Origin: Mobula hypostoma
Taxonomy: Eukaryota
Reading direction: 5' to 3'
DNA length: 64,000 bases
Assembly (NCBI RefSeq): GCF_963921235.1
Contig: NC_086097.1
Coordinates: forward strand, 116,314,001-116,378,000
The notes below the pieces were generated by a model. That model saw only the letters and a list, made by a program, of their open reading frames with translations, was not told where the DNA came from and ran no database searches. The first letter of the stretch is position 1, and the number at the start of each line of letters is the position of its first letter. Shown here piece by piece: positions 62,637 through 64,000 of this stretch. The translations under genes and the position numbers were made by a program.

Positions 62637-64000
62637 GTCAAGTTCAAGTTCAAAGTTAATTGTCTTCCAACCATACATGAATACCCATGAATACAGCCAA
62701 ACGAAACAGCGTTAATCTGGGGCAAAGGTGCAAAAACACAGTACCAATAGTCATGCACAGCAGAAAGCATATATAGCACATATAAATGTAGCCAGGTGAC
62801 TGTTGAATATTATTTATTGTTAAAAATTCACTTATATATTCACCCTGGTAATGCTAAAATAGCTGCCTGTACCTTTAAGAGGAAACAGTGAGGTCATTAT
62901 GCATGTGTAGAGTAGAAAATAAGAGAGACAATGTTCTAGAAAGCATATGGAGTGCTGAGAGCTGCTTTTCCCAGGTGTGCTGATTGTATGGTCAGTAAAG
63001 GTGAATAATATTCAATAATATTCATGTAGATTCGATTATACTTGCATGTAAACCAAGAATATTGATAATTTGACATGTGGATGATCTAGGTTTTCACGAG
63101 CAAGGTGTTGGCGTTGGATAGCGTGGTTGTGCGCGTTCCTAATCAGCCTAGTTGGTTAGTCTTTCTAGTAATTTGACTACAAGGCAATATATTGTAAAAG
63201 TTTTATGAAGGTTTATTTTTGTCTTACTTTATTGTTTCATGACTGAATGTGAGTGTAACGGAGTAATGTGAATGTGTTAATCTCTGTTCACATAATGTGA
63301 GCGAGGAATACTCATCTCAGGGTCTAGTCTATACGAGTTTGGAAGTTAAGCACGTGTGTGCCGACATGAGTATATCTCTTAGTAAAGATGAGATGTTTTT
63401 ATTCATATTTGGGATGTTGTGTACAAGGTACAGGTTTGGGGGATTCTAATGTTGTTTGTATTGTTCTATTTGGAATTGTCACTACTGTATTGGTTTAGTA
63501 TATTTTGCTTTATTTATTTTCATACTGCATATGTAACTAGTTGATACACAAGTGCGTGGGCCAAATTTAAGCTGAGATTGTAACAGCAGGAACTGCTTTT
63601 GTTTAACTCATTTTGTTGTTTTTATTTTGATGCCCTCTTTCTGCATTAAAACATCTAAAAACAGATAAAGGAATTAAAGACCCAAAAAAGCATTTGTTGC
63701 CCTGAGTGTTTTTTTTTTCCCCCGGGCTACAAAGTGAGACATCAAGCACATATAAAACAGGACTAAAATACAGTCACACAAAAAATAGTCCAATTACAAG
63801 TCCATGAATGTTGCAGCAGTCTGCAGTTGAACACAATACAGCTTGTCTTCTGCCAAGCGACCACTGGGGGCAGCAATGACTCCAGTATGGACGCCATAAT
63901 ACACCGCATCCAGCACTCCAGTGGAGCACCTAACTTCAAAGTCTCCTCCGGGTGGCTGCAAACAGGCGCCACCATGGCTTGACGCCTAGTTCTCGAGACA

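Overview
Eukaryotic, repeat-saturated vertebrate DNA, most likely a cartilaginous fish such as a ray or shark (inferred from the CR1, Rex1/Babar, V-SINE/HE1-type and Penelope mix). There is no prokaryotic feature and no intact host gene. Most long ORFs come from decayed, often nested mobile elements: CR1, Rex1/Babar and RTE LINEs, Penelope-like elements (PLEs), Tc1 and hAT DNA transposons, sushi-type chromovirus Gypsy LTR elements and tRNA-derived SINEs. The short unique islands between repeats are not random. On the minus strand many carry splice-like boundaries and translate, through stops and frameshifts, into segments resembling polycystin-1 in the correct order (REJ, GAIN, post-GPS/TM1, PLAT, TM2, TM3). 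This suggests a heavily decayed PKD1-like pseudogene spanning about 11.6-55.7 kb. That call rests on by-eye comparison with human PKD1 recalled from memory and needs an alignment. Other notable items: minimal type-I hammerhead ribozyme motifs in the PLE ends, a perfect 217-bp fold-back palindrome inside a CR1, a ~695-bp non-autonomous retroposon with a YY1-like head, and a three-level nested insertion (Tc1 > retroposon > CR1). Many repeat boundaries are approximate.
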